Part shown: positions 62,204 through 64,000 of the stretch, piece by piece | How positions within the stretch are numbered: the stretch's first letter is position 1 | Layout: every line of letters starts with the position of its first letter | Program-made: the position numbers and the translations under genes | NCBI GenBank assembly: GCA_963771175.1 | Contig: CAVYSY010000040.1 | Span: forward strand, 32,001 to 96,000 | Direction of reading: 5' to 3' | Length of the DNA: 64,000 bases | Origin: an uncultured delta proteobacterium | GTDB lineage: Bacteria; Myxococcota; Myxococcia; Myxococcales; Myxococcaceae | The notes under the pieces: model-generated | Told to the model about the DNA's origin: nothing | Databases searched by the model: none | What the model saw: the letters and a program-made list of their open reading frames with translations, nothing else

Positions 62204-63148
62204 TCAGCCGTCCAGGTCCGTCACAGTGGAGAGCGGTGCGGGTCCGTCTTCCCCCGTGGGGGCGTGGCTCTCGTCCCCCACGGCCTGCTTGAGGAGCGGA
62301 GGCGTCACCACCGGCAGCTCGATCGTGGGGGTCTTGGTGAGGGCGGAAGTCCCTGGCGGCGGGCGCAGCACCGGGCCGGGAGGCGGCAGTCCCGAGTGGC
62401 GGCGCGCGGCCTCCATCAGCGCGTGGTGGTGGCGGTAGCGCGCCTCGACGAGCTTGTGGATGAGCAGGGGCCCGCCGGGCACGCGGCGCGCGGTGAGCGC
62501 CTGGGTGGCCTTGCGCACCGGGTAGCGCACGCGGCGGATCTGCACCCGCCAGCCCTTGGGCGTGAAGGTGAAGACGCCGTAGGCCGGGCGCAGGTCTCCG
62601 TCGCGGGGAATCCCGGCGCTGGCCACGTCCGCGATCAGCATGCGGCCCACGCGGCGGCGGTAGGGGAAGTGCAGATGGCCGAAGGCCACCGCGGCCGCAT
62701 CCAGGTTCTGGAAGTAGCGGCGCACGGTGTTCTCGTCCAGCGTGGGGTCCAGCGAGTCCTCGAGGTTGCGCGGATTGGCATGGCAGACGAAGAGGTCCTG
62801 CCCCCGGCGCGGTGAGTAGCGCACCGAGAAGGGCAGGGCTCCCAGCTTCTTCAGCCAGGGTTCACCGAGCTGATCCCTCGTCCACTGCAGCAGCTCCGTC
62901 TTCCAGTGGTCGCGCTCGCGGTAGGCGCCGCCCAGGTAGTGGCCGGCGAGATAGCAGTCGGTGTTGCCCATGAGGATCGCATCGCAGCGATCGAAGAGCA
63001 GCTCCACCGTCTCGCGAGGGTGCGCACCTCGGAGGGCGAGGTCCCCGGCGGCCACGACGAAGTCGGGCGCGACGCGAGCGATGTCCTCGAGGACGGCCTC
63101 GCAGGCGGGGAGGTTCCCGTGAATGTCGGCGAGGATGGCGACCCGCAT
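62204..63148 (-). CDS. Metallophosphoesterase (YfcE/PPP-related)
   Basis: ADIHGN, GDL, GNTD, CHA and FGHLH. Confidence 0.88.
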   Translation of the reverse strand: MRVAILADIHGNLPACEAVLEDIARVAPDFVVAAGDLALRGAHPRETVELLFDRCDAILMGNTDCYLAGHYLGGAYRERDHWKTELLQWTRDQLGEPWLKKLGALPFSVRYSPRRGQDLFVCHANPRNLEDSLDPTLDENTVRRYFQNLDAAAVAFGHLHFPYRRRVGRMLIADVASAGIPRDGDLRPAYGVFTFTPKGWRVQIRRVRYPVRKATQALTARRVPGGPLLIHKLVEARYRHHHALMEAARRHSGLPPPGPVLRPPPGTSALTKTPTIELPVVTPPLLKQAVGDESHAPTGEDGPAPLSTVTDLDG

Positions 63149-63160
63149 GGTCGCGCCATC

Positions 63161-64000
63161 CTAACCCGCCGCTGCCTCTGTGGGCACCGGCGCTGGAAGG
63201 AAAATCGTGAAGGTAGAGCCCTCGTTCGGTTGACTCTCGACCCGCACCTCTCCCCCCATGGCGCTCAGCAGGTGCTTGACGATGGACAGGCCCAGGCCCG
63301 TCCCTCCCATGTCCCGGCTCCTCCCTTTATCCACTCGGTAGAAGCGCTCGAAGATACGGGCCAGGTGCTTGGGCTCGATGCCCACTCCGGTGTCCTGGAC
63401 GTGCACCACGCTCCGTCCGTCCTCCTGGACGCCCGTCACCGTCACCCGGCCCCCCTCGGGCGTGTACTTGACGGCGTTGTCCAGCAGGTTGAGCAGCACC
63501 TGCTCCAGGCCCCGCTCGTCTCCCCGGCCCATCAGCCCCTGGGGGACGTCCAGCTCGACCGTAATCTTCTTGCCCTGCGCCTTGTGTCGGACCACCTCGG
63601 CGGCTCGGGAGACCGCCACCGCCAGAGACACGTCGGTCACCTGCAGCTTCAGCTCGCGAGACTCCAGCCGGGACAGCTCGAGCAGGTCCTCGACGAGCTC
63701 CGACAGGCGCTCGGACTGGCGGTGGATGATGTCCACCATCTTGGGGGCCATGACGGGGTCCTGCAGGGCGCCGCCCTGGAGCGTCTCGGCGTAGCCGCGG
63801 ATGGCGGTGATGGGGGTGCGCAGCTCGTGGGAGACGTTGGCCACGAAGTCCTTGCGCACCTTCTCCAGGTGGCGCAGCTCGGTGACGTCGTGGAAGACGG
63901 CGGCGCTGCCGGGCCGGTCCCTGCCCAGGGGGGTCACCCGGATGGCGAGCGTGCGAGTGAACAGGCCCTCCAGCGTCAGCTCGAGGTGGGTGGAGGCTCC
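63161..64000 (-). CDS. phoR: PhoR-like sensor histidine kinase, 5' end outside the window
   Basis: DFVANVSHELRTP, NLLDNAVKY, DTGVGI, FERFYRVD and GGTGLGL. Confidence 0.9.
   Translation of the reverse strand, partial: GASTHLELTLEGLFTRTLAIRVTPLGRDRPGSAAVFHDVTELRHLEKVRKDFVANVSHELRTPITAIRGYAETLQGGALQDPVMAPKMVDIIHRQSERLSELVEDLLELSRLESRELKLQVTDVSLAVAVSRAAEVVRHKAQGKKITVELDVPQGLMGRGDERGLEQVLLNLLDNAVKYTPEGGRVTVTGVQEDGRSVVHVQDTGVGIEPKHLARIFERFYRVDKGRSRDMGGTGLGLSIVKHLLSAMGGEVRVESQPNEGSTFTIFLPAPVPTEAAAG

Overview
This is a high-GC chromosomal window from a myxobacterium, probably Cystobacterineae (Myxococcus/Archangium-like), judged from the Glt gliding genes and their order. From the start it holds two conserved hypothetical genes with a NUDIX hydrolase, rpoZ, and a translationally coupled minus-strand operon (lipoprotein, ECF sigma, ZAS anti-sigma, exported caspase with a C-terminal beta-barrel, paralogous lipoprotein). 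Next come a nucleotidyltransferase + metallophosphoesterase pair, a GldA/F/G-like ABC system with a DUF4340-like gene, aspartokinase, a DMFase-beta/NHL protein and a DnaD-like + DnaC-like pair. The middle is the gltD-E-F-G-H-(orf)-I-J adventurous gliding cluster, followed by a variable stretch (Cys-rich lipoprotein, MORN protein, RelA/SpoT-like TIGR04552-type protein, lower-GC Ig-like lipoprotein). The end holds ffh, tRNA-Leu(TAA), tRNA-Arg(CCG), a HlyC/CorC protein, a receiver protein and the Pho locus (phoR, MPE, sixA, phoB, porin, pstSCAB, phoU) followed by a GT21 glycosyltransferase and an MPE. Many single-base frameshifts, often in homopolymer runs and also in core genes, look like sequencing errors rather than pseudogenes. 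I saw no CRISPR array, rRNA or transposase. The best leads are (1) a possible caspase-triggered cell-surface ECF signalling module sharing an R-x-K-G motif between protease and anti-sigma, (2) Pho-box-like 11-bp repeats tying a ceramide-glucosyltransferase-like gene to phosphate starvation, and (3) a chromosomal DnaD-like/DnaC-like helicase-loader pair. All family calls come from recognising motifs by eye; no searches were run.
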